In this document: in pieces, positions 13,128 to 26,429 of the stretch | How positions within the stretch are numbered: the first letter of the stretch is position 1 | How the letters are laid out: every line of letters begins with the position of its first letter | NCBI GenBank assembly: GCA_013265495.1 | Contig: MU058667.1 | Span: 310,001-374,000, forward strand | Origin: Vicugna vicugna | Lineage: Eukaryota | Reading direction: 5' to 3' | Length of the DNA: 64,000 nucleotides | Notes under the pieces: model-generated | Database searches by the model: none | What the model was told of the DNA's origin: nothing | What the model saw: only the letters and a program-made list of their open reading frames with translations | Program-made: the position numbers and the translations under genes

Positions 13128-13910
13128 CTCTAGCAGGTACAGACTAGAGATGATCTCTGTAGATCCTCTGGTCCCAGCATTCTGATAATTCTGATGGATC
13201 TGATTGAGAATCCAATAAAACACCATATAAACGTTGTTATTACCTACCTATGTTCTTAGAGGTCTTTTCACTTTTCTTCTTGACAGTAGTTGCCTTCAAG
13301 GGTGCTATCCTTTCATAGGACCCTTTATTCCCTACTGTTTATGCTTATTATCATTTTTAAATCTTCTCATTCCCTTATCCATTGATACTTGTGGTCCTAC
13401 CAGTTTTTTGTCCTTCTAGCAGACTATGGTTATAAAGAAAAATAGAACAAATATATTGTTCACAAAAATGGAAAGCATCACTTAGAATTTGCACATAGAT
13501 TTTTAAAAGCTGAGATTATGGATTCAGAAGAAAGTTCCAAACCCCAAGGGAGTAGGAAGGAGAATATCACGAATTATAGAAGACAAGACCTTAGGAAGGG
13601 GAGAGAGGAACTTAACAAATAGCCAATACCTGCCTTGTTCCAGGCCTTGCTCTTGGTGGATGGTTGTATGTTACCTCATTTTAGTTATTTCCACCCCTTT
13701 ATTACAGAGGAAGAAACTGAGGACCAGGCATATTAACTGACTTGCTTTTAGTTTACTCAGGTCCATCCTTCTTGTTTATCTGCATTTCTCCCCCTGGATC
13801 CTGTTTGGTAAATACTATTTCCTTTCGGCGTTTGAGTTCTGTGCTAACGGTGTATATAGAGTTGGTCTTCCGTGTACTAGCAAAAGTGAGTGAAACTTGA
13901 GGTGCTTTTT

Positions 13911-14036
13911 GTGGGTGTGTGTGTGGAGGGAGGTAATTAGGTTTATTTCTTTATTCTTGGAGGAGGTCCTGGGGATTGAACCCAGGAACTCATGCATGCT
14001 AAGCAATGGCTCTATCACTTGAGCTATACCTTCCCC
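13911..14036 (-). mobile_element. Vic-1-type camelid tRNA-derived SINE
   Basis: Reverse strand has A-box tagctcaagtgat, B-box ggttcaatcc and the aaacctaattacctcc tail; degenerate TSD gaaacttgaggtg/gaaacctgagttg. Confidence 0.85.
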
Positions 14037-17000
14037 GGAAACCTGAGTTGTTTTAAACAAGGATACCAGATAGGAGATTCATGAGCTGGATTTTGTGCTG
14101 TTTGGGGAAACACAGGTCTCCAGACCAGTCTTTAGAGTGGGTGGGATGGGTGGTGGCAGTAATGCAGGAAGCCTTCCCCTCCCAAGCTAGAAATGTCAGC
14201 AGAATTGTCAAGTCTGAAAGCTGCTGAACACTGAAAATGAAACCCTTCTCAAGGTCTGATTTGCTTTCCCACATTCCCTTAGGGCCCGACTCGCACTGTT
14301 CTGCCAGCTACTCCCTTTCCTGGTAGGCAGAGCGAAAATGGTAATTGTAAATCTGTGAGTGATGCTGCAGCCTTCAGGGCTAAATCCAGACTTATTTGAA
14401 ATGTCTCTGCAAATGTGGCTCCTGCCAGTCTCTGCCTGCTTCCCTCAATGCTCTCCTCCCTGTCTGTACTTCTCTGCTTATTAGCATCCCAGTGCCCTGC
14501 CCCAGCCAGACCTTCCTCAGCTTCCACCAGCACATTCCTACCTTCTGACTGTCTGGCTGTTTTAGGAAGACCCAGATATGCTAATAACCTTGTCTTGTGG
14601 CAAATACTCTATACTGACTTTAGTATAGAATTAGCAGCAGGAGTGAATGAACTCTTGGGAAGTAAATAGCATATTTTCAACTCCATGTCCTCATATTAAA
14701 GGAGGCTAGACAAGGTATTAATAAAATTTGATTTGTTAGTGTACCGGTTTCGGAAGAAATCTTTTTCCCTTCAGGAATTCTAAGAGTCATCTGTTGTATT
14801 TCTAGAGGAACTCATCTTTAACCTCTCCTTCATTTTTTGTTTTATTTAAATGAATGAATATTTGAGAAGCCCTTCTCTGCATGTTCAGGCCCCTACAATT
14901 TTTCTACTTAAAAAAGTGTTGTGTTGCTATTACATTGGGTAATTTTATTTCAAACTAAGTACAAGAATGTTATTTTCTTCTGTCCTGCCCTATGGCTGGC
15001 TTTTGTCTTTTCACTTGACACTCTCTCCTCTTTAGCCTCTTAGAATTTTGCCTCTAAAGCTTGACTCTCTTTCCTTCTTTCTAAAAAAATGAGATGCAGA
15101 ACAAGGCATGGCTTGAAGTCAGAAGTAAATTCCTGTACTTAAGCGCTAGCAACCGTTACAGGCGCCGTGAGGCCAAAGCCTGCCTGTCAGCCACTTGGCT
15201 GTTGGGTGATCATATGTTCTAGGAAAGGGCACTGGACTAATGCTAAGAATGTTGAGTTCTGATACACTGTTGCCAAAAAAAAAAAAAATCACTCTGTGTA
15301 TAAAGAGTTTGGCAGGATACTGAAAACCTAAAATAGAGCCCACACATACAAACTTGTTGGAAGACAAAATACATTTTTCATCAAGTTAGAGTCTCAGTGA
15401 GAAGACTCAAGCTAGTTTAGATTTTAAAGTTTTTCCCCCACTGCCAAGCTCCATAGGGACCCTGATTATGCAGCACTGAAAAGATTATTTTCTGCCTTTT
15501 TAAATAATATTACTGCTTTTGACTCGGCAGCCTTTCAGTTTACATGTACCAGGAAAAATATAAAATTACAAGGGGTGGACACTAGCTAGGATGGTATTTA
15601 AGGAGAGAATTAATGTGTAATTAGAACTACTTAGATGTACACATTCATCAGTTTTGTGCATCTTTAAAAAATAATATATATAATCTAAAAGCGTGTATAA
15701 TCTTGTTAGTGTCTTTAATATATTTTTAAACATTTCTAATGTAGGTCTATGAAATGTTCTAAGATATTTTCTTACTAAATCTTAGGTCATACATGCATGA
15801 AATATTCTAAGACAGTTTCCTATGAAATATTGCACAACTATGGTCCACTTTTCAGAACAGGTAAAACAAGACTGAGTTGCAGAGTCAGCGTGTGACAAAT
15901 GCAGATGGTAGTAAACAGCACACTCTAAATTCAGCAGAACTCAGTTACTTGCTATGCTTGATTCAGCAGAATCAGATACTTCTCACATATAGAAGTTATT
16001 ATAGACTAATACAGATAAGCTACCTTGAAGGTGAAAATACAATTTTGAACATTTGAGTATTTAGTTTGTTCACTTGTATTAAAAGTTATTTTACTTTGGG
16101 TAGACTGTTGATTGTACAATATTTTTTCTACTTAGAACATATAAAAAAGATATCTTCGGTGGCCCCTAGAATTGAATGTTTCAATCCATCCCATATAAAT
16201 TTACTATGGATTCAATTATATTTAAATTTGAGGCCTCGAATCAGATTGGAACTGTATCAAGTTTGAGTAAATAATAAAAATCTGTAGATAATATTTTGCA
16301 TCAGAATTTTTAATTTGTGCGGAAGCTTAAGGATCTTTCCATTTCATCTTTTCATTTTATGTTTGGAGAAATTAAGGACCAGAAACATAAGTTTCTTTTT
16401 AAGGTCTTGTAACTGTTTAGTGAAAGGGTCAGAATTAAAATTGAGATTCTCACACTCTGCCTTACCGTGATCAGTGATGGAGTCTAAAATGGGTGAACAC
16501 TCACCACAAGGGAGAGAATTAACCTCTCAGTGTATCAGGGCATGTGTATCTACTGGCCTGTTTGTGGATGAGCAGTCATTTCTGTTGAAACTCATGATAA
16601 CCTTAAGACCAAAATTCATGATAACCTTGAGACTGTTCTAAGTCATTCACGTTGTTGGCTCTGATAAAATAAATGGAATGTTGCTCAAGTAGGAGTAGCT
16701 GTTTTCTTTCTCCTGCATTTCGAAATTATCAATGCCACATGATCGATATCTAAGAAATACCTTCCAGATGGCTTTGTTTTTGTTTACTGAACTCTCCTGC
16801 AGTGGACTTCTTTGGAAGAATATGGGCCATATAGTTTTGAATAACCTTTAATTCCTCCCTGCTCCTCACTTAGGCTGGTCAGATAGGGTTTTGTTTTTGT
16901 TTTCAAGATAAGCATGACTGCTTGCATATAAATCCATTGTCACATTTTATGTGTATATTCAAAAAACGTTAATTTTCCAAACAGTTTGATGAGTTAAAAC

Positions 17001-17639
17001 CTTTTTATTCTCATTTTCTACCTTTGTAGAATTTCACTTTTAATAAAGCTTGAGGGAAAATAGAACATCTTTTTCCAAAGTTTCTCAAAAATGTCAGGTT
17101 ATTCCTGTAACAGTCCCCTAATCTCTCCTTCCCTGCTCAACTCTCCCGTGAAAAGATCCACAGAGGTGGAGTTGTAAGGCCGGTAAGATTTCCCATGAGA
17201 TCCTCATCCAAGGGACTGGGAATCAGGAACCCGCTCTCCCCCACACCTTCCCCTCCCTGAATCTTTTTAGGTCGTCTTTTCTGTCTTTACCATTTACTTC
17301 TTCCCTGGGGCTGATTTGCCAATTTTGTCATTTTTAAGTGATAATGCAAAGGATTATAAGTCCTATGTTCTGTGAGTAGTTTTGAGATTTTTATAACTCT
17401 TTGATTACAAATACTTTATCCTGTGATGAGATAGCCATTGGGTAGAATGCTCAAACCCTCACTTTCCCAAGCTCCTCCCAGGAGGAAGCCAGCCAAACCC
17501 TAAGGCAGCAACGGTGTATCGAGCACCTTCTCTGTTTCAGACTGTGTATTATGTCCTTTAATTTTCACAACAGTCTCTTGTGGTAAGTAAGATTATCTGA
17601 TTTTATATTTGGAGAAACTGAAGGTCTGTGAGGTCAAGT

Positions 17640-17940
17640 AACGTAACCATTACTCCTGAAAGTCCTCTTGTGCTCTTTTGCAGTAAGTCTTCACCCTGCC
17701 TCCCACCCCTGGTACCAGGGGAATGCCGATCTGCTTTCTGTCACTGCAGAGTGGATTTCTGTTTTAGAATTTCGTATAAATGGAATCCTGCACCATGTGC
17801 TCTTTTTCCTTTCTCAGCATTTTTTGGAAATTCATCCAGTTTGTTGAGAATATCAAGTTTTGTTTCTCTATTGCTGGGTAGTATTTCCTCGTATACTACA
17901 ATTTCTTTATGCATTCACATGTCGATGGACTCATATCTAG
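17640..17940 (-). mobile_element. Old L1M 3' fragment, adjacent to a MIR at about 17510-17640
   Basis: gatctgctttctgtcact...tagaatttcgtataaatggaatc...aaattcatcca...tattgctgggtagtatttc. Confidence 0.75.
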
Positions 17941-19099
17941 TTCAGGTCAGTTTTCTATTGGTCAGTTTATGTTACATGTACTGTTTTCCTCAATTTGTAA
18001 ATAATGGTGTGCTAACGTGACTATGTCTGTTTGTATCTTTGGAGAGAGGGCTGTCATGTTGGACCTTTTAGATAATGGTGTTAATTTCATGGCAGATGCT
18101 GCCTGTACTTCCTCTTGCTCTTTGTGGCTGTTTCACTTCCTGGTTTAAGCCTGTGAGCCTTATGTGGGTAGGGACTATTCTGTCGCCATCATAGTCCCAG
18201 TGCTAAGGACAGAAACTGCCATAGCTTCATCCTGGTAGTTGTGTTTGTTGTAGCAGAAGCAGTAGTAACAGGTGACATTTACTGAGCATTAAGTGTAATA
18301 ATCATATAAGGTTGGTGCTATTATTTGCATTTTATAGTTGGAGAAACACAGAATTTAAACAACTTGCTACTCTGACTCTGTAGCCCTCCCTTTTAACTCT
18401 GCCGCCTCAGTGCTTAATAACTGTTTGTGGAACAAATGGACGAATGTGTAAATGAATAACCATTGCTTCGCAGTCTCTAGATATGGTGTTAATGACACAA
18501 AAGTGAATAACTACTCTATCCGATACACCTTGTGGGTAGTCTGGCTTTTCACCATTCCTCTGTTCCCATGATAAATAAGTTGTGAGACTGTGTTAGCTGT
18601 GCACACACACAGCAAATCTACAGCTGCATTATGGTTGCTGGAAATGAGGTTGCTCTCTGTGGCAGAGACAATCGGGATGAATTCCTGATTGGAAAGTGAC
18701 AGGCAAGAAATAGATTTTAATTATGTTAAAGCACTGAGATTTTTTGGCTTTTTAAAAATTACAACAGCTAGCATTAATTGACCTGAATTTTATAGTATCA
18801 TTAAGTTTGATATTTTATGTCTTCATTTAGTTGTGGTTTTGAAGGGTTATTTTTAAACCAATCTGTTAATCTATCAAAATGTATTAAAAATCTGTCGTAA
18901 AATGGATGTGTAGTTTATTATTGTAAAACAAAATGAAGACAGTATAAGTTTTTAGATCGCTTTTCATATTTGTTGCTTTCAACAGAATTCAGTTTGTAAG
19001 TTGACATTTAAAGAGTTTAAACAAATATTAGTAAGTGAAAGGATAGTTTAAAAAAAAAAAACATGAGATGGGATTCAGTAGGAGGTCATGAAAGCTACA

Positions 19100-19620
19100 C
19101 TCGGAACATCTTGACTAAGCACGAATTTGGTCACATCCTTCTCCCGGGTCAGGGTGCCTTTTGCCATATAGGTAAAGTTCAAACCCATTTTGGACATGGT
19201 CTGGCCTGTGCCACCTTTCTCTACTCTGCTTCCTTATCTCCCTGTGCCAGTCATTAACCCTCTTCAGTTCCCAGAGTACCCTGTGTTCCCTCTCCTCTCT
19301 GCCCTGTGTATATCGTCCCTCTCTGCTTTCTGCCTCCTCTTCTTCCTTTAGGTACCACGTTAAATATCCTCTCTTTCTGGATAGCCGTCCATGACCAAGC
19401 GAGGGGTAGGCACCCTCCTTCGTGCTCCTTTAACACTGTGGGCTTTGTACTGAAGTGCTTTCCATAACGTAGTAGCACTTTTCACTTACACGTACATCCC
19501 ACTCAATTGTGAGCTCCGGAGAACACGGACACCGGCCATGCCCAGCCCTTGGCAACCTGCCGGGTACACGGTCGACTCATAGTAAATACCTAACTGCGTG
19601 AATGAGTTGAGTGAATGGTG
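19100..19620 (+). mobile_element. L2 3' fragment
   Basis: tgtgagctcc...tagtaaatac...gtgaatgagttgagtgaatg terminus. Confidence 0.6.
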
Positions 19621-20234
19621 AGTGAGTGTGAATCACGCCCCGGCCTGCAAACTTTATGGTCTCACCTCTTACTCAGTTGCAGTTCCTAATACAGTGCAAA
19701 CGTGCCTGTAGCAGCATTCGCGTTCCTGCCTTTGGGACTTGACAGTTTTATATTACGGTCATTGTTGTATTTAATTTGGGGTATTAAAAAGTAGCTCCTC
19801 ATTCAGGAAAGATTGGAGACCCCAGCTTAGACTCCAATTTATGCATATTTATGTCTACATGTAAAAATTCATACCAATTATCAGTGAAAAAAACTAGTAG
19901 AAACTTACAGTAAGTATGAACACTGGGAGTTGTTAGTAAGCAATGGGGTAGCTCATTTAAAAATAAACATTGTTTTCAGAAACTAAGTATTTTCGAAAAG
20001 TGTAGAATTGCTGTTAAAAAAAATGAATCCAAGAAACATGGTGCTCAGTTAGAAATATAATTAACTATAAAATACAGTGTTTTTAGTTACTGCACAGATA
20101 AAAACTTCTGTCTTTCAGCATGTATTTATTGAGTGACCTAGACGCTATGCCCTGATGTGAGCACTTGGGATACATAACTGAACAATGTGAGATTCCTGAA
20201 TCCTTTGGGAATTAGGGAAAAAAAGGTGCTCAGA

Positions 20235-20236
<2 letters not shown>

Positions 20237-20277
<41 letters not shown>
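20237..20277. repeat. (AC)20 microsatellite
   Basis: Read directly. Confidence 0.97.
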
Positions 20278-20280
<3 letters not shown>

Positions 20281-20559
20281 GCTTGTGCATATGTGTAAAA
20301 TACTGATATGTTGTAGACAGGCTTACTTCTGTAATCAGTAACATAAAGATTAATGTAACAGTGATCATACTTGAAGTGAAGTATGAAATTGAAATTATGT
20401 GAAGGATGAAATTGAAGTATAAATTGAAATGATTGTGAAAATGACTAAATGATGGTAGAATTTGGGAGAAAAAGGGAATTGTGCCATGAATTTTCTTAAA
20501 TACAATAAACAAATGCAGTTGATCTTCAACAGAAAAATGCTCGGCCTGCGCTGATCGGC

Positions 20560-21141
20560 CGTGTTACTGCTCAGGCACCCCTGTTGTCTCTCCCCGGGGA
20601 AGCGGGGTGCTCCCTGCCCGATTAACATCAGGCCTGGCCGTAGGTTTGCTTTGGCTAACGAAACACGAGTGAAAATGATTTATGTTTACTTTGGGGCAGA
20701 AGCATTGAGTCAGCACACAGTGTCCTGAATTCCCTTCTTTCCTCTACTTTGACAGTCAGCAGATCAGATTAGATGCTTCTCCATCACCCCGAGGTCCGAA
20801 AGAAAGATGACAGGTAGCTGAGCCTCAGCCAAGCCTTGTTTGACACGCAGCATGAGCAAGAGATAAACTTGCGTTATTGAAACCATTGAAATTTTATTAC
20901 TGGAACATAAGCTAGCCCAGTGGTTCTCAAACTTGAGCATGCATTGGAGTCACGTGGAGATTTTGTTAAAATGAAGATTGTACCAACTGTTGGGCCCCAC
21001 TCTTGGAGTTTCTGACTTCAGTCGGTTTGGGGTGGGGACCAAAATTTTTATTTCTAACAAGTTATTACCGTCTGACACTGATGCTTTTTCAGGAGGTTCA
21101 CACTTCAGGGACCTCTCACCTAACCTTTCCTGACTGATACA
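20560..21141 (+). mobile_element. MLT1 LTR interrupted near its 3' end by MER5A
   Basis: ttgctttggctaa...gggcagaagc...gcatgagcaagagataaactt...; the terminus tcctgactgataca resumes after MER5A. Confidence 0.7.
20918..21117. mobile_element. MER5A hAT-Charlie element
   Basis: cagtggttctcaaactt...gggccccac...gtttctga...ggggtgggg...atttctaacaagtt; degenerate 8-bp TSD AGCTAGCC/ACCTAACC. Confidence 0.85.
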
Positions 21142-24100
21142 GTCTGTTAACTTCTATTTCTAGGTGCCTTAAGCACGCAGTAAATGATATAATAACAAGA
21201 TGCAGAATAGTTCCCAGACTCATTATTAGAGAAGTAAACTCTGTAAACTGCTCCTTTGGTTTCTGGGACATGGACACACAAAATGCCATAAGAAACCCTA
21301 AATTTGGTGGAGTGGATTAGATAACTATGGAAATTAGTATCACATTAGCCAGAGCCAAATGAAAACTGCCCAAAATATACAAAGAGCAAAGGGAGTTTGA
21401 GAGAGAAACAGTCACATCTAATTGTGGGAGAAAATTGCCATTCCTGATGGACTTGGTAGGAATTCTCTTGACGAGAGATTGCATATGGAAGGACCACAGA
21501 GACCAAAGTGAGAGGAGAGAACATGTGCAGTGTGTCTGCTACAATTTGTCACGGAGAGGCAGGTAAGGGAGAAGAGAACGTGTGAATTTCTTTCAGAAGT
21601 CCAGTTTCTTTCTTGGTATATAATATAAACACAGTAAAGCTTCCAGTCCTGTTTTTTGTTCTCATGTCTAAGATTGAAGTGCTTTTGGAATTTAAGTTGC
21701 TGTAGGTCACAAATTAATACCAAAGGTAGGCCTTATGACTGTCCAGGAAATTTTGGAGAGACTGATGTAAAAAAAAAAAAAAAAGCTATTGTGCAGAAAA
21801 GGTGGATAAGAGAGTCAGCGTGGAGTCCTGCCCAAAGTCGGGCCAGTCACGTTTAGGCAGGAAGACGTGCAGAAAAGAGGAATCAGAAATTGGTTCCTTT
21901 GAAACTGTCCCTGCTCTCGGTCCCTTGTAAAACCTTTGCGTATTATCAGTTGGAAGAGAATTGCTCTCTCCCTTCATTCAGGGGGTTGGTGATTTCTCTT
22001 CTGCAGCCCAAGACCCCCATCTTCCCTGTAGTATTTCTTCTCACAGTGAGACCTGCAGGCACAGAGAGTTCGTTGATTGGGATGTAAAGTGATTTTGTTG
22101 TTGTGTGAGGATGTCTTGGACCACACTCTGGGGGCAGATGACTTAATCTCCCTGGACCTCGGTTTCTTAATCTGTAAAATATAATTCTCTCAGGTTACTT
22201 TAGCACCAGTATTTCATTTTTCTAATACTGTTTATAGTCCAGCAAAATTTCAGTATGTTAACTTGCCCAATTTCTGTCATATGTAACACAAAGTTTTATA
22301 ATCTTTGAGATGAATGAAGCAAGCTGGAGTTTTTAAAGGAAGGTTTTTCTTTTATAGTTAAGATACTCTGTAATCCTCAGTTACAGAAGCTTCCAAAATA
22401 CTGTTTTTGCTCCATTACCTGGAGATGCGTATTTTATTTATTTCCCTTTCTGAATTTGAACTTTGATATTAAATAAGCATAACTTTATGAAAAAGTATAG
22501 CCTAATCTTAGTTTCAAATAGCTGCTCATTTTGTTCAGTGTGAAAAACAATTACTGTATTATTTTAGTTAACATAGATACCAACATGCATTTGAAAATAA
22601 ATTAGTGTTGATTCAAAGAGTATATATAATTGAAAACATTTGTTTTCATCTTTGTCCACAACCATTATAGGAGGTGGAAAAAATGAAAATACTTGCCAGT
22701 CTTGAGGCCTTTAAAAGAGAGATTGGTTCAGTATTCCGGTTACATTTTGTTTAATGTAAACAGGTTTTGTCCACAGTAATGCCATGCTTCTAAGAGATTT
22801 GCTAAGTCTTTTTGGGGGGAGGTGGTTTATGTAAACTACCGCTCTGATCTTAAATTTGGTTTTTGCCTGTAGTTAATCTCAAGTGTAAGCACATGCCATG
22901 TCCTCAAGACCCGCGCACGGGTGAGGTCCAGTGGAACTCAGCTCTGCTCCGTTTACATGTTCTTACAGTTCGACTAGTATCGCTGCTACTAGTTCATTTT
23001 GAGAGGGAAATTCATCCTAATTAACATTTCTTTTAGAAACAGCCTGAAGGTGATTCTTGGTTTCTTCGCAATTGAAGCCGGCTTGGAGCATGACCTTCTT
23101 AGTTTGGATTTGAAAGCAAAAACAGTTCCAGTCTCTCCCAAGTTTAAGGAGAAATCTGATTCTATTGGAGCTGTTACTGTAGGACTGAATCCAAATGTTT
23201 CCAATTTATGCTTAGGACGCACCAGAAGAAAGTGCACAACAATCACCTGGGGACTTACAATCACACTTGATTACCCGTAACTGCTGCCGGTGCCAGCAGC
23301 TTCCCTTAGGTTCTTGGGAACAAAGCTGAACACCAGTGTTCCATTTTGTATGAAATAAATGTACTGTAAAATATTTACCAGAGTCAAAAATAGTATTTTT
23401 AATGCACTGGGAGAATTCACTATTTAAAGGAATCTGATTGAAAGTTACTTGGAAGGTATATATGTTTGTGAAGCAAACAAAATAATCTTCGCCAAATTCC
23501 TTCATTGGTGGTGTTCCAACTTCAGATGTTTGTATGTGAGATTTCTTTAAGTAGGAACATAATAGTTATTTTGTTTTCTCTTAATTGAGTGCCATGTGCA
23601 GGCTGACACTGAACTCTATTTTAATTATTCAAACAATACGAGACTTAAGAAGAAAAACCTGTTGTGTGTATATAAACAATGTAATGTTTTTTAATTGTAC
23701 ATCACAGACTTTAAATAGTAAATCGAAATGATTGATTTAACCCATTGACGTATATATATGTGATTAGACAATGAAGATTTTTTTCCTAAACAACAATAAG
23801 TCTGGAAGTCCATGTCAGTCTTTTCTGATATTTTTATGATGAACAGGTGTCAAAATCTATAGTTGTTGGTCAAGCTACAGTTACTAAATTATAAGGGAGT
23901 ACTAAGGTGAGCGTCTATACTTGAAAATGGGTTAGTAAAATTAATTAGAAAAAGTGGGGTTTTTTTAATGTGGGATTTTAAAAACAAAATAAGAAAAATT
24001 TAACTTAAGAACTATATAAAATTATACAAATTTTCTTTATAATGAAGACAACAACTGTGAAACAAATTCAGGGCATTTAAATAGGCGTTCAGTGTTTTTT

Positions 24101-24455
24101 TTAATTTTCAAATTAAACTTTCATATTCACCCCAAATGTATTTGTTTTCAGTACCAATGATAATTAGATAATTAGATGAATCAAAATTTTAAAGATTCAG
24201 CCACTGTCTTTAACTGTTGTTTATTAGTTCATGGCACTCTTTTCACACTTCCAGTATGCTGATCTTTAAGCATTTTCTGTATTAAGTAACTTTCTTCACG
24301 TAATAATGTAACTTTTATCTTTGATACTGAGTCACTTAGGTGATTATGATATAATCTATAGAATAGAGTATTTTAAGAATTATTGGTGTGCATGACTTTT
24401 AAATCCAATTTATCTTTTTTTTTGCCAATTTTTGGCGCATTTTTAATTGTGCTAT

Positions 24456-24950
24456 ACAGATGGTTCCTGACTTATGTTTCAGTTTAAAAATTTTCAGTTT
24501 TATGACGGTGTCAAAGCAATGCACTGAGTGCAAGTATTCAGTAGAAACCATACTTTGAATTTTGAATTTGGATCTTCTCCTAAAATAGCAGTGTTGGGCA
24601 CGATACCCCGGTGATGCTGGGAGCAGCACTGAGGCGCAGCTCCCGGTCAGCATGCGAATCAAGAGGATGGACGACCGATGGCCACACAACTGCGCTGCAC
24701 CCAGACAGCCATTCTCATTTGACGCTCAGTACGGTGTTCAGTATGTTACATGAGACATTCAGCGCTTTATTACAAAATGGGGTTTGTGTTAGATGAGGTC
24801 CCCCAACTACAGGCTAAGTGTTCTGAGTACGTATAAGGTAGGCGAGGCGAGGCTCAGCTACCTGGTTGGTGTTAAATGCATTTTTGACTCGGTATTTTCA
24901 GTTGAGGATGGTTCATCTTCCTCCATCATAGGTGGAGGAAGATCCATACT
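24456..24950 (-). mobile_element. MER47/Tigger5-like TcMar-Tigger element
   Basis: tacagatggttcctgactta terminus; aagtgttctgagtacgtataaggtaggc...taaatgcatttttgact. Confidence 0.8.
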
Positions 24951-26429
24951 ACTTTTCGCAAATCAAATCATGTAAGATAGGCGACGTAGAATGCAGGACT
25001 GAAGCTGAACTCAGAAAGTACAAAGTAACTGAGCTCTTAGAAAGCACTAGTGATTCGGGACATTGTGTGTTAGAACTCTTAGTCAAAACAACAAATTTCT
25101 TCTATACAGCACAGGGAACTATATTCAATATCTTTATACAAAAATTCATTTTATTTTCCATTTTTCTAATAATAGCACTAAGTAAAATGTTAACAAAGTA
25201 AGTGATGAAATTTCAGAATTAGAAATCATTTCGTGAGCCAATTAGGGAAGTCATTTACTCCCAGGCTTTTTTTGTAATGGATAGTAAAATTGACTCCTAA
25301 AATTAAGTGATTTGCTCCAGGTTGTAGAGGAGTCACGACTAGCATTCTGTATCATTGTTCATGTCAGTTTTCCCACCACAGCATGTAGTGCTTTAGAAGT
25401 ATTTAAAAGGAAAATTTATAAAGAACATCTTTTATATCATTGTATTTACCAAATAAGTGGAAACTGAGTAGGCAAAAATTTTTAGCGCTGAAAATACTTG
25501 CCATTGTTTTCAGCTTATTAGAGAACATATAATACAGCAGTATATTCATATCATCAACTTTATGTCAGTGCCCAATAGTATTCTTAGATTTCATAGCTCT
25601 GGAATGATAGGATGGGAAACATCACCTATCATTAAGTCTCATATTATGATATTTAATTGGGGGAACTTAATACAGTTTATCTAAGATAGTAATATTTCGA
25701 ATGCCTGTAAATGTGTTTTTAAGGGAAAATATGCAACAAAACATTTGATACGGAAATATGATTAAAGAACTACAAATTCTTCCAGAAACGGTTTACTAGT
25801 GACATCTGCTGGTAGAATGTTGTAATTAAGATAAAACTATCTCAAGGAAGTAATTCCACGGAAATTAAGCATGAGACAAAGAATCTTTGTGAGCAAAATT
25901 GTTCCTTTTTTAAATCATTAACATTTTTAAATGAAAAAAAGATTATCTTTTTGAGTTCCATCCCATTGGCATTTGACTAAGAGTATTATTCTAATAAGAA
26001 TAACATTAAACTCCTTTATACTTTCTTGTATATATAGAATGTCATTCCAACCTGATCCTCTTTGTTAGTTGTGTATCAGCTAAATTGTTTGATACAATGC
26101 TGCAAATTGTTTTTCCTCCTCGTCTCTGGCTTTGTTTTATATCTGGCTTTGTTTTATATCACCCATAGCACAGGATCTTGCAGACGCAGAGATACAGTAA
26201 CTGTGGATTGAGTCATGCTAGTTATATCATTTGCATAGACTAACTTAAATAGAAAAGTCTATGTATACATAAGTTAAATGCATTTTCTCTTTTATGTGCA
26301 CTCAAAAGTAAAAATAAGGCTTTATATTAGAGTATTTTGTTAGAAATTAATTTTTGTTTTTCCTTTATAGAAGAGATTTTCTGCACTATAAATTATGGAG
26401 GAATAAAAAAATCCTCAGTCCTTTATACT

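Noticed and set aside
14415..14669. ORF with a signal-peptide-like start (MAPASLCLLPSML...)
   Set aside because: GTG start, weak internal ATG context, CT-rich low complexity explains the hydrophobicity, and no convincing splice signals
22989..23264. Minus-strand 91-aa ORF as the coding strand
   Set aside because: GTG start and no splice or poly(A) support that I could see; the + strand has acceptor, phase match and AATAAA
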